64,000 bases of DNA from contig OZ218950.1 in NCBI GenBank assembly GCA_965112735.1, positions 1,984,001 to 2,048,000 of the forward strand. The letters run 5' to 3'. The notes under the pieces were generated by a model. The model made no database searches. It was not told the DNA's origin and saw only the letters and a list, made by a program, of their open reading frames with translations. The DNA comes from Phaeosaccion multiseriatum (taxonomy: Eukaryota; Protista; Ochrophyta, other classes). Below, piece after piece: positions 1 through 15,011 of the stretch. Both the position numbers and the translations under genes were made by a program. Each line of letters begins with the position of its first letter. The first letter of the stretch is position 1.

Positions 1-290
1 AGGAAAGTAACAAACCGCCCTCCAAACCGCCCCGAATGCTTTCTCTTCTCCCCCTGCGCCTTCCATTCTGCAGCAAGAGGCAGCCCCGTCTTCCTCCGTC
101 CCCTCCTTACCTTGGGATGGGTGCGAATCTGGGTGCTACAGCCTCTTTTTTCGATGAATACGCCGCTCGTTATTTCCAGGTTCGTACGTACCCGCCGGGG
201 GGAAATGGAGCTGAGCCGGCACTCAAACTTTCATTGCCTTCCCTCCCTTTCCCTTTGTCCCCCTTCTCTTTTTTTTCCTTCTTGCTGATC

Positions 291-3200
291 ATGGTACACA
301 GGCAGGCTTTGACGGCCGCGGTGGTGCTCGTGACATGCCACGCAGTCGCGGGCTTCGCGGTTCCCACTGCGTCGCGGGTGTCGGTGGGATCGCCGGCAGG
401 GCTCAGGCCATCGTCCATCTTTATTGCGTCACAGACCTCCGGACTTCGGGGCGGAGGGAGCGCGAGGTCGCTGCGGATGGAAGCCAGCGACTCGCACTTC
501 GAGCTGCTAGTCATCGGGGGAGGGTCGGGGGGCATTGCATGCGCCAAGAGAGCGGCTGGGTACGGAGCGAAGGTGAGAGGGACTGAATAAGCGGTGTCTG
601 GCCCTCCGCCACACCGCGCCTACCTACGTGACGCCGAGCTTGCGTATGCAGGCAACAGGCAGTGAAACGTGCCCCTGACTCGATGAGCGCTCTGCTGTGC
701 CGCCCTTGCCCCTGCCGTGTCCCTCTCGACAACAGGTTGGGCTGGTGGAGAAGCAAGCATTGGGAGGCACCTGCGTCAACGTTGGTTGCGTGCCCAAGAA
801 AGTGAGGAGCAGGATAGTGTTCATGCGTGAGAAGCGCTTCCCGTCCTGTCTTTGTCTCTGCGATGCTCCTCCTTTCTCCTCCTCCTCCTCCTCCTCCTCC
901 TCCGCGTCCTCACTGTCCTACCACCACCTCCCCCCCGTCGGCACTGTCCTCCTACCACCACCCTCCCTCCCTCCTCCTCCTCCTCCTCCTCCTCCTCTCT
1001 CCTCCTCCTCTTTCCCCTCCTCCTTCCATCCTCCTCCTTAACGGCCCTTTGTACTGGCCCTTTGCACTGTAAGGTTATGTGGAACGCTGCCACGGTCAAC
1101 GAGATCATCACCGAGGCCAAGCACTTTGGCTACAAAGTGGACGATTACCAGTTCGACTGGAACTTCCTCAAGCAACTCAGGGACAAGTATATCACGAGGC
1201 TCAATGGCATTTACGCCAACGGCCTTGACAGCACCAACGTGCAGCGCATCGAAGGAGTAAGTGTGTGTGTGTGTGTGTCTGTCGTTCTGAGCTGTGTAGA
1301 ATGGAAACTGCCTCCTCGCTCCCTCCTCAACTCCCCCGCTCCCTCACTCCCTCTCGTCTGCAGTTTGCGTCATTCAAAGACGCCACCACCGTCAACGTGG
1401 AAGGGAAGGAGCTCACCGCGGATCACATTGTAGTGGCTGTCGGAGGCAAGCCGACTATGCCGGACCTGCCCGGAGTGGAGCACTGCATTTCTAGCAACGG
1501 ATTCTTCGAGCTCGAGGAGCAGGTGAGGGAGGAAGGGAGGGAGGGACGGAGGGAGGGAGGGAGGAGGGCATGAGGAGAGTTGGCAGTGGATGGCAGTGGA
1601 TCGGGAGGGATGGGAGGGGAGTGGGACAAGTCAAGTAGCTAAGTCCGTGACATCTGACGGGCATGCGTCTCCCCCTACCCCCCCCAACTCTCTCTCCCCT
1701 GTTGTGCGTCCTCGTCTACTGCTACTGCTACCGCTCTTGTTGGTGCTGTCTCACCAACTGCTGCTTACGATGGTCTGGGTCCGTCCCTACCCCTCTCCTG
1801 TCATTCCTCAGCCCAAGAAGGTGGCAGTGATCGGAGCCGGGTACATTGCAGTCGAGCTGGCCGGCGTGTTCCAGGCCCTTCACAGCGACACTACCCTCCT
1901 TGTGCGCAAAGAGACCGCCCTGTCGAGCTTCGATGACATGATCAAGGAAGAGCTTGACGCTGAGATGAAAAAGGCCGGTATGACGGTCAAGAACCACTCC
2001 AAGTGAGTGAGAGGCGCGTGGACTCAGGCTTCGAGGGGGGGGGGGGGAGGGAGGAGGGCCTCGTCCCGCTTCTCCCCTTCCTCCTCTCCTCCTCCTCCCC
2101 TTCCTCCCCTTCCTCCTCCCCCTCCTCCTCCTCCTCCTCCTGCTCCTCCTCCTCCTCCTCCTCCTCCTCCTCCTCCGCCTCCTCCTCCTCCTCCTCCTCC
2201 TCCTCCTCCTCCTCCTCCTCCTCCTAACCTCTCCTTCCTCCCCCCTGTACGCTCCTCTGCTCTTGACCGCTCCCACTCGTGTCCATACACGCTCCCCCCC
2301 CCATAGCACGGCCAAGATCGTCAAGGACGAAGCTACCGGACTGATGAGCTTGGAGCTCGAATCGGGAGAGACGCTCGAGGGCTTTGATTGTGTGCTCATG
2401 GCGGTAGGAAGGGGCCCCCTCACGGAGAAGCTGAACTTGGGCGATGTACGTAATAGCGAGAGGGAGGGAGGTGGCGAGAGAGGGGCATGGTGACTGCTCT
2501 GGTACTGCTGTTGCACTGCTGTTCAAGACCCCCTCTCCCTCTCTCCACTCACTCACTCACTCTCTCTCACTCTCATTCTTTTTCTCTTTCGCTCTCTCTC
2601 TTACTCTCTCTCTCTTCTCCCTCTCCCACTCCTTCTCTTAACTCTCACTCTCTCTCTATCGTATTGTTCTGTACTTAACCTCTCCCCCCTTGCTCGGGTG
2701 TTGCCTGCTTCACTACAACCTAATCCCCCTCCTTTTCTCCCTCACCCCTCCAGGCCGGTGTGGAGGTGGACCAGAATGGATTCATCAAGGTCGATGACTT
2801 CCAAAACACCAACGTAGAGGGGGTGTACGCACTCGGCGACGTTATCGACAGACATGTGGACCTTACCCCCATGGCCATCGCGGCAGGCCGAAGACTTGCA
2901 GACAGGTAAGTAGTGGTGCGGAAGGAGGAAGAAGGAAGGCAGGAGAGATCAAGGCGACTACGAGCGAGATGTTTGCTGTATGTTGGGTCTGTTCCTGTCG
3001 GCCGTCAAAGCATACTACATCTCCACCACCCTCTGACTACCGTACGCACCCACTTACCTCCCCCCCTCTCTCCCTCCCTTCCTTCCTCCCTCCCTCCCTC
3101 TCTCCCTCCCAACCCCTCTCACCCTCCCTCCCTCCCTCCCTCCCCCCTCTCTCTCCCTGCCTCCCCGTCCCTAGACTGTTCAACGGGGACAAGGACGCCA

Positions 3201-4500
3201 AGGCTGACTACACAAACGTGCCCACCGCCATCTTCTCGCACCCGCCTATTGGCGTGTGTGGACTTACGGAGGGAGAGGCAAGGGAGAAGTACGGAGATGA
3301 TGGTGAGAAGGGAAGGGAGGGTGTGGGAGGGGACGGATGGGAAGGGGGGGGAAGGGGAAGGTGAAGAGAAGGGAATGGGAAGGGGCAGGGGAAGAGAAGG
3401 GAAAGGAAAGGGGAGGGGAGGGGAGGCGAGGGAAGGGGCAGGGGAGGGAGAGAGAAGGGCAAGGGGCGGGAAAGGAAGAGAAGAGAAGGGAAAGGCAAAG
3501 AAGGGGCAGGGATCATATGCATCACATGCTCACTCTCCTCCCTCCCCCTCCCTCCCTCCCCTCCCCTCCCTACCTTCCTCCCTCCCTCCCGTCTCGCTGC
3601 CTTCTCGCTTTCCTTTCCAATTCATTTCTTCATCCTGTGCTTTGTTGCATTACTGACGACTCACTGACTCACTGTCCTATGGCCGTGTGCTCCATTTTGC
3701 TCTTTGTTGTATTTCTATGGTAATGTACTCCGCAGCCATTAAGGTGTATAAGTCGAGGTTCACAAATCTGTGGTACGGCCCCTGGGACATGGAACCCGAG
3801 GACAAGCCCAAAACGGTGAGAGGACACTCGAGAGGAGGAAGGGAAGAGAAAAAAGACTTCAGAATAGAAGTACACACATACACGCTCACACACACAAACC
3901 CATTGTCCACCGAGTTGCTTTCCCTCCCTCCCTCTCTCACCCCCCCCCCCCCCCTTCCTCTCTCCCCCCCCTCTCTTGAACAGGCCATGAAGCTTGTGTG
4001 TGTAGGCGAGGATGAGAAGGTGGTGGGTCTGCATAGCATCGGCATGGGCAGCGATGAACTCCTCCAGGGGTTCGGCATCGCCATGAAGATGGGGGCCACC
4101 AAGGTACAGGCATATGGGGGGACTGAGCGACGACTCACTGACTCACTGACTCACTGACTCACTGAATGACTGCCTCATTGACTGTCTGATCGACGGACAG
4201 ATTGGCGGACTGACTGACTCACTGACTGACTGACTGACGGGCTGGCTCATTGACTGACTGATTGATGGAATGACTGATTCCCTCACTGACTGACTGACTG
4301 ACTCACGGACTTACTGACCTCCCTCCCTCCCCCATCCCTTCATGTACATATATATACATATATATTCCTCTTGTCCTTCTCCCCCCCACTCATCGTAACG
4401 CAACGAACAGGCCGACTTTGACAGCTGTGTGGCCATTCACCCAACCGCTGCGGAGGAGCTCGTCACTTTAGCCCCCTGGGGGAAGAGTGGGCAGAGCTAA
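291..4500 (+). CDS. GSR: Glutathione reductase, probably plastid-targeted, 11 exons (291-572, 736-801, 1074-1256, 1364-1522, 1812-2002, 2307-2445, 2754-2905, 3175-3302, 3736-3815, 3984-4103, 4411-4500)
   Basis: FAD-binding VIGGGSGG, redox-active [18 protein letters not shown]-binding [20 protein letters not shown] and the C-terminal HPTAAEE motif. All introns are GT-AG and phase-consistent. The N-terminus [21 protein letters not shown]|FAVPT resembles an ochrophyte bipartite presequence. Confidence 0.96.
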
Positions 4501-4868
4501 GACAGAGCGGAGAAGCTGAAGGCGTGCAGGGAGGGACAACACGATCAATCAACAAAATAGATATGCCTATTTGTGTATTAGAACCCGAGGGGTCTACGAG
4601 TACTGGATGAGTAGAACTTGCTGCCGTACATACGTAGTACTTCATTCATTTCAAAATAGAGAAGACAACGGAAATCCGAAGTATTGAGGTTGTCCTCCTC
4701 TCCTCTCTTACCTCCGAGCAACGCTGCCGAAGCTTCTCTGTCTGCCATCGCCACTGCCAGCTCCCCCACCACCTCCTCTTCTCTCGCTCGCCTCCTCTTC
4801 CACGGGGGAGATACAGCAACAGCAGGTGGGGTGGTACAGCAAGCAAGCGGCAAGCATCACTCTTTGCC

Positions 4869-8140
<3,272 letters not shown>

Positions 8141-8586
8141 CTCGCACGAAGGGACGTTACAGAATCTGGTCTCCCTCTCCTGCTGCTCGTGGCCACCTCT
8201 TCCCCTTCCCTTCTTCCTCCCGTCGCTCCTCCTCAGTAGTTCCCTTGCGCCCCTACAGCCACTACTGCGTGACACTGCACTGCGATAGCTATGCGCCAAA
8301 CCCCTCCGTAGCCAAAAACGAGCGTTTTGAGAAAATGTCGAGTTCCTCGATATATTTATTGCACCCCTTCAAAATGATCCAAAATCCAGCCTCCTCGGAA
8401 AATCACAAAGCCCTAGAGAGTTTGGGGGCTCGGAGACGCTTTGGGGTCAGGAGGGGGGTAGGGATCTATGTGGTATGGGGCAAGAGACTTCTAACTGAAC
8501 CATCTGCGCATTTTCCGTGTCTTTAATAACAAAGCCATTGGTTTGAAAGCAACCGCAAAAATTCTTAAGGGAACAGGAGGAAAGGG

Positions 8587-11500
8587 ATGAGCGTGGTGGA
8601 GATGAGCGATACGGAGATGGACGATACCGGGGGCAAGACGAATCTCTACTGGAGCTTGCAACAGGAGCCGATGATCTCGGTTGAGGAGCTGAAGGAGCTC
8701 TTGGAGGCCCACCCCGAGCAGTGTCGAGAGGCCGAGGCGGAATATAGGTGGTTGCCCCTCCACCTCGCCATTATGAATGAGGCCTCGCCGGAGCTGATCC
8801 GTGAACTGCTGAGGGTGCATCCAGATGGGGCGAAGTGGCGAGACAAGTATGGGTACAATGCACTCCATCTGGCTCTGTCGTCGAAGCGGCCTCTGCCTGT
8901 GATTCTGGATCTGCTGGAGGCGCACGCGGAAGGGGTCAAGGAGCAGGACGAGGATGGAAGACTTCCCTTGCACCTTGCGACCATCGAGGGTGCCTCCGTC
9001 GAGGTTGTGGCCGAATTGCTGCGCTTGTGGCCCGAGGCCGCGCAGGAAAGGACACGCGACGAAACCCTGCCCTTGCACTTGGCGCTCAGCGAGACGAGCG
9101 AGACGAGCGAGACGGCAGAGGCAGGGGTCATCGAGATGCTGCTCTACGCGCACCCAGATGGTGTGCTGGAGAAAGACAACAAGGGAGAGCAGTTGCTTCA
9201 TTCAGTGGTCAATGTGCAAGGCCTGGAGAAGTGGATGAAGGACTACATTACAGACAACCCTGACCTGGTCGAGATCAAGGACCAGCAGGGCACCAGGCTC
9301 ATCGAGGGGGCCCCAAAACCCTACCGGACGGCAATGCTCATGGGCCTCCATTTCTACGGACGGTATGCGAACATTGTCATGCAGCATGTGTCCGACTCCA
9401 GCATGGTTCTCTTTGCTAGAGACCTCAAGCGCTCCAGCCATGTGGCTCTCAAGCTCATGCGTAATGTTGAGGACTTTGAGAGGGAAGTGGGCGTAAGGGT
9501 GGGGAGAGACCTATCCCCTAAGCTCGTGGTGCCCATTCTGAGGTACCACAGCGGGCATCAGCTGGTGGAGGCCGTTGAAAAATGGCAGCTGGGGAGCGAG
9601 TACAAGTACTGTGTGGTGATGGAACGAGCGGAGCGCACGTTGGCGAGTGTTTGCCTGCACCAGAACGTGGCGGGCAAGGACTGGAGAGCGATCCGGGATA
9701 TTACCAAGAAGGTTGGTTCTTCACTCGCTCATCGCTGCTGTCTAGCACCGCCACGAGCCCCGTACCTACTCCTCTTGCTGCTGCTATTGTTGTTTCACAA
9801 AAGTGCTGCAAGTGCCAAATCCCGCTCCCCCCTCCCCTGACAACATGGCTCCTGTTGCTGCTCCTTGTTGCTGTATCACCAACTGCTGCAGGTGGGTGAG
9901 GCGCTCGACCACGTGCACTCCGCGGGGCTGCTGCACGGAGATGTAAAGCCCCTGAACATTGTCAGGATCGGCGCGGGGTGGAAGCTTATTGACCTAGACG
10001 CATCCGTCGCATTAGGCAACAAATTATGCCCCAAAAGCAAGCTTTCATCGGCCTATTGCCCGCCTGAGCTGGTCTTGATGTCAGACGACGGGACGCCGGC
10101 CTTGGTGCCAGAGGAAGTGGATGCAAGCGTCTCCTTCGACATTTGGGGATACGGTGCAATGCTATACTACCTGTGCACCGGACAGAACCTGTTCCACCAG
10201 ACCGTCTACGGCAGCATGCTGGACCTCATTGAGCTGCATCGCTGGAGCGATGCTGAACGGGACAAGAGGCTCGAGCTGGTCGGGGCACATGGGGCTGAGG
10301 TGGTCAGCCTCCTAAAGGGGCTCTTGACCACAGATCCTCTCCGCCGCCCTCGGAGTATGAAGAAGGTTCTGGAGCACCCTTTCTTTATTACTACGCCACC
10401 TGACGCGGAGGGGGATGCAGCAGCACTTGGTGATACAGCAGCAGGAGCAGCAGCAGTAGCAGTTGGTAATACGGCAGCAGCAGCGGCACAAGGAGGAGCA
10501 GAAACGGTGCGGACCTTAGCGGTGGCGGGGGGAGGAGGACCCATTCCCCATGGAGGAGGTGGCAGCAGCAGTAGCAGCATCTGGAACGGAAATGGAAATT
10601 GTACGAGTCTCATGGATGGCGACGACGCCGCGGAGGCGGTGCTTGCGCGGCAGAGGGAAGAGGCGCTGAGACGTACAGTTGATCTCCGCTCCCCTCTCTC
10701 TCGTGGGGTGGGAAGCACCGCGCCTTCGGAGCAAGAAACTGTCATGGTGGGGGACATGGACACCTCATTAAGTGCTAGTGGTGGTGCTGGCGCTCCTGGA
10801 GCCACTGTGCCCACGCTGTTCATCCTCCAACCCGCGTCGTTGCGCAGAGGGCTTTCGACGGAAGACGGGTGGGGTCCGGGGGGTGAGGGCGAGGGCGGCG
10901 ATGGGGAGTACTGGAACCAAATGCGGTCTTTCGCACGGGCAGAGGATGCGGCGTCCATCTGCTGGGTCGATGACATCGACACGAACAACGTGTCAGAGGG
11001 GAATCTGAAACTCAAACTCAGGCTCAAGCTAGTGTGCCAGGGCTGCCTCGTGGCGCAGGGGCCCGGCTTCGTCCTTCGAAGGCCCAGGGAGGAAGTGGCC
11101 CTTCTCCTGCCGCTGCTCCAGCGTAGCCTGACCCGTATTGGCGCTTGTGCTGACGGTGGTGATGGTGATGGTGATGGTGCGGGCGCCCTAGCTCTGGCAA
11201 GGTGCCTCCTGCCACTCGACTCTGCCATCGACGCACATTCGCTGCTACTTCCCCTTGACTCGACCATCAGAAATGCCGAGGAGTTGCTGGCTTCTCTACA
11301 AGAGAGAGAGCGCGTAGAGGGCGGGGCAATGATGGTGGTTGATGGTGTGAGAAGTGGTGCGACAAGGAGAGGCAGTGCCAGCAGCACCGTTGGGGGGGCT
11401 ATCCAAGCGAAGAAGCCGGAGGAGGAGGAGGAGGAGGAGGAACTTCTGGTGGCTGTGGAACGCGACTTCGCCCTGCTTTTGGCCCTCTATGACGACAAGC

Positions 11501-12072
11501 AAGATTGGGGCGGGCTGCAGAGGGTGGTAGGGGACCAAGACGACGACGACGCTCAGCAGGCCGGCGACTATGGGGCCGTCTCTTGGATGTGCAACCCCTG
11601 TGTGGAACGCCTCAGGCAGAGATGCTCTACCGAGGAAGCGACAGGAGGAGAAGAAGCAGCAGCAGGAGAAAAGACAGGAGAAGCAGCAGCACGAGGAGGA
11701 GGAGAAGGAGGAGACGAGGCAACGACAGCAGCCGCAGCAGTAGCAGGAGAAGCGGCAAGAGGAGGAGGAGCAAAGGACCCTGAGAGGGGGTCACCGCGAA
11801 CCAGCGGTGCATCGACGGAGCCAACGTCCCCAAGGCTAGAGGAAGAAAAGATGGAGCTGGAGCGGCAGCAGGCAGAGCTGACGAGGGCACAGCAGCGGCA
11901 GGACGCGGACAGGCAGCGGCTGGTCGAGTGGGAAGCTCGACTCAAGCAGCAGGAGCAGCAGCAGGGGCCGCAGGAGCAGTTGGTGATACAGGAGGGTGGC
12001 GTTGGCAAGGAGCCGGTCGGCCCTGGCTATGAGCAGCAGAAAGCGCAAGGGGCGTGCTGTATCATCCAATAA
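8587..12072 (+). CDS. Ankyrin-repeat Ser/Thr protein kinase with a Roco-like C-terminal Cys domain and CaaX box (exons 8587-9711, 9892-12072)
   Basis: About four LPLHLA ankyrin-type repeats. Kinase motifs VALKLM, HGDVKPLN, KLIDLDAS, YCPPE and DIWGYG. The protein ends CCIIQ*. One phase-0 GT-AG intron joins the two ORFs. Confidence 0.9.
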
Positions 12073-12349
12073 GCTTGCTGCTGCTGGGCATGCATGTAGC
12101 TGGCTGGGGTAACAGTAGCAGGTAGCAAGAAGCAGGTAGCACGTCAGGGATCAAAACCCTTACATATGTGAAAAAGTAGCACAGGTGCCGCCATAATTTG
12201 GGGCTTCACAACGGATTTATTTACGTAAGTCCTCCACTTGGGGGGCTCTACTTGGAGTAAAACACAGGCTCAGTTCAATCAATGCGGTAATGCTTGAGCA
12301 CGATTATCAATAGCGTAACGAGTTTCGAAAGAAAGAAACTTCTAAACAC

Positions 12350-12427
12350 GTCAAGCATCGGATTCGAACCCACTCGCACAACAGCGTGTAGCGTCAAACG
12401 CGGTACGTATCCATCGCGAATCTGGAC
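12350..12427 (-). pseudogene. Possible degenerate tRNA-derived sequence (pseudo-tRNA or SINE head)
   Basis: The minus strand has a B-box GGTTCGAATCC, an imperfect acceptor stem (GTCCAG..CTTGAC) and a T-rich tract downstream. D and anticodon arms do not fold convincingly. Confidence 0.3.
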
Positions 12428-13858
12428 CTGTCTCTCACGCTCCATTTGTAGAAGCATGTGATATATATACCACCAATCGAGTTGCCTCGTGTTGGCTTCT
12501 CCCCACTGCACCTCACGCCAGCAAGAAGGCAAGAAGGGTGGGTGGCCCGTGGCCAGTGCGAAGAGACTTTGAGCAGAGCTTGTGCCTTCGAAGAGAGGCA
12601 TGTTCGGATAGTTGCTTGGAGAGGCGCACACCGACGCCCCACCCAATCCCTCCGATGCAGAAAGAGGTCGATCTTCTGCCGTCTCGCCGTCTCACTCCCG
12701 CTCTTCGCTTCACGCGGTACTGTATCTCTTCCTTCTCTGCTTTTCGTAGGGTGGGCACATTGCTCCGTCTTCCCCCCTCCCCCGGCCCCGATATCAGAAG
12801 GAGGAAAAAACACCACCTTTGATGGTGTGATTCGTCTCGTGCGCTCCCCTCTTCGCCGCTGAGACTGAGCCACCACACGGCACCCACGGGTACCCCTTGT
12901 ACATCTCACCACCACACCGCGAATCCATCCGCGACTCCCCCCTCCTCTCCTGGTCCTTGTCCTTCGTGTGCAGTCATGGATGGTATAATGATCATCTCCT
13001 CTTCTTTGTCCTCCTTTCTGTGCACCGAGCCATGAAGCGAATTGCAAGCCCCCTCTCCTCTCCCCCCTGAGCGAGAACGCCCTGAGCGAGAACTCCCCCC
13101 CCGTGACGGAGCCACAATCGATCCCTGGTGATAGATGGACACATGTCTGATACCTGTCCATGGCTATGGCAAGCCCAGGCCCAAGCAATCCTACCCCTTT
13201 CACTGGAGCTCGCGTCGTCGCATCTGCAGCAACGGGGGAAAGAGGCACCGCAAGAAAAGGCCCAAGTGTGCATAGCACCAGGGATCGATCACCGGAAAGC
13301 AAAGCCCTCTGCTCACCGGAGCCACTCGAGCCACTAGCGACGAGAGCAGGCGCATGTGCGCACACCTAGACACCCACGCCCCGAACGAGTTGCAGACAGA
13401 CTTACTTGCCTATTCGCCACCACAGACTGTGTCTGGGTGGTCAGAGCACAAGTAGAATCAGTGGTGAGAGGGGTGAAATATGAGATTGCTCTCGCCCCTC
13501 TGCTCCACTCGCTCGCCGCATGGTGGGGGGCAACCACCTGAAATTTCAATTGCTTTCTGCCTTGCTGCTTGGTGCCGTTCCCCCCTTCCCTGGCCGGCGT
13601 CTCCGTTATGGCTCCACACGGGTCATTGGACTAAGAAGTAGGTACGTAGCCCTGTGTTCGTGTAGGGAGCAATCTCCTCCTCCCTTCGCAAAGCCTCCCT
13701 CTACACAGCGCAGAGCTCCTCTGGGGGGGGGGGCGAAAGAAGGAGTGTGGGGACATTTGCTCCTCCATTCGTCGAGATGATTCGCGCAGCTGCTGCAATC
13801 ATCGGCCGGTTGACTCTACAAAATCTCACAGAGATGCTGACATAGAGAGAGAGAGGTC

Positions 13859-14885
13859 TCAGCCCTTGGCTGTCTCCCCTTGTTCATCATCCCTCGTTCT
13901 CGCCTGCTGGCTGCTGCTGCCTTTGACTACTTTTAGTATGGACAGGGCCTCATTCTTGGCTCGCCTGGCCAGCACAGTGGATACACTCACCCCGTACTCG
14001 CTCTCCAGCATCGCCTTAAGCTGCTTGGGTTCGTTGTCTGCCACCACAACCATGTACAAACACCCCCCCATCGGGTTCAGCAGGCGCATCATCACCGGTA
14101 TGGCCCTGTCGATCACCTCCCTGCCTCTCTTGCCCCCCGCCCACGCCGCTGAGATGTCCTGGGTGCCGACTTCTTCAGGCGGGGTCGGAACGTATGGTGG
14201 ATTGAAGAGGAGTACGTCCACGCTGTCGGAGAGGCGGTGCTGGAGGCAGAGACCCAGGTCTGCACACACAGGCTCTAGCAATACCAAACCGTTGGCTTTG
14301 CCTGTTCGAGCGGTAGCGGCGGTCGCCGCCTCGTTGATGTCCACAGCAAGGAATAGCGGCGAGGTAATGGCGTCCTCTCCGCGAGTCAGCAGGCCGTGCA
14401 GCGCGGTGATGACCACTCCACTGCCGGGTCTGGCCCGATCAATGACGGCAGAGCACAGCACAGCAAAGAGTCCAAATATTGTTGTTGGGGGGGAGGGTAA
14501 GGAGAAAAAGTAGCTGGGTCACGTCCATGGCCACCACCGTGGTCTTGGTCCTTGGCCTCAGGCCATCAAGTGCATGGGGCAGGCATGGTGGACGGAAGGA
14601 TAAAGCCGACTCCCTGGATCAACTGGGCCGCTTCGGGGCAGTCAAAGGTGGGGAGAAAGCAGCAGGGAAACCAGCTATACAGGTTCATAAGCCCCGCTCA
14701 GCGCGGCACACTAGCCAGCCTTTGGCGACGTACCCCAGCTCCATGCAAACTCTTGGCCGGACGACGGTCTTGAGCCACTTGCTCTCCGCCTGCAACGCAT
14801 CCAGCAGCAGATAGGTGTCGTCTGACGGCTCGTAGAATGAGTCGTAGTCCCTGTAGTCGAAGTGATCCAGGCTGGGGAGCTCCAT
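13859..14885 (-). CDS. N6AMT1: HemK2/N6AMT1 (Mtq2-like) eRF1 glutamine methyltransferase (exons 14885-14734, 14429-13859)
   Basis: YEPSDDTYLLLDAL, the SAM motif ELGPGSG spanning the intron, FNPPYVPT and AWAGGKRGREVID. Confidence 0.95.
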
Positions 14886-15011
14886 CACGCGAGAGACACA
14901 CACAGAGGAATGTTTGTCTCCCCTGTTGACTTAGGTTTCTGAGACACGTGAAGGGAAAAAAAAACAAGGAGAGGAGACATTAAGCGGAACGAGGCTCGCC
15001 TCCGATAGCGA

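Noticed and set aside
12430-13850. Several ORFs (up to 323 aa) and a 12-bp inverted pair (13481/13665)
   Set aside because: No recognisable domain, splice structure or ncRNA motif.
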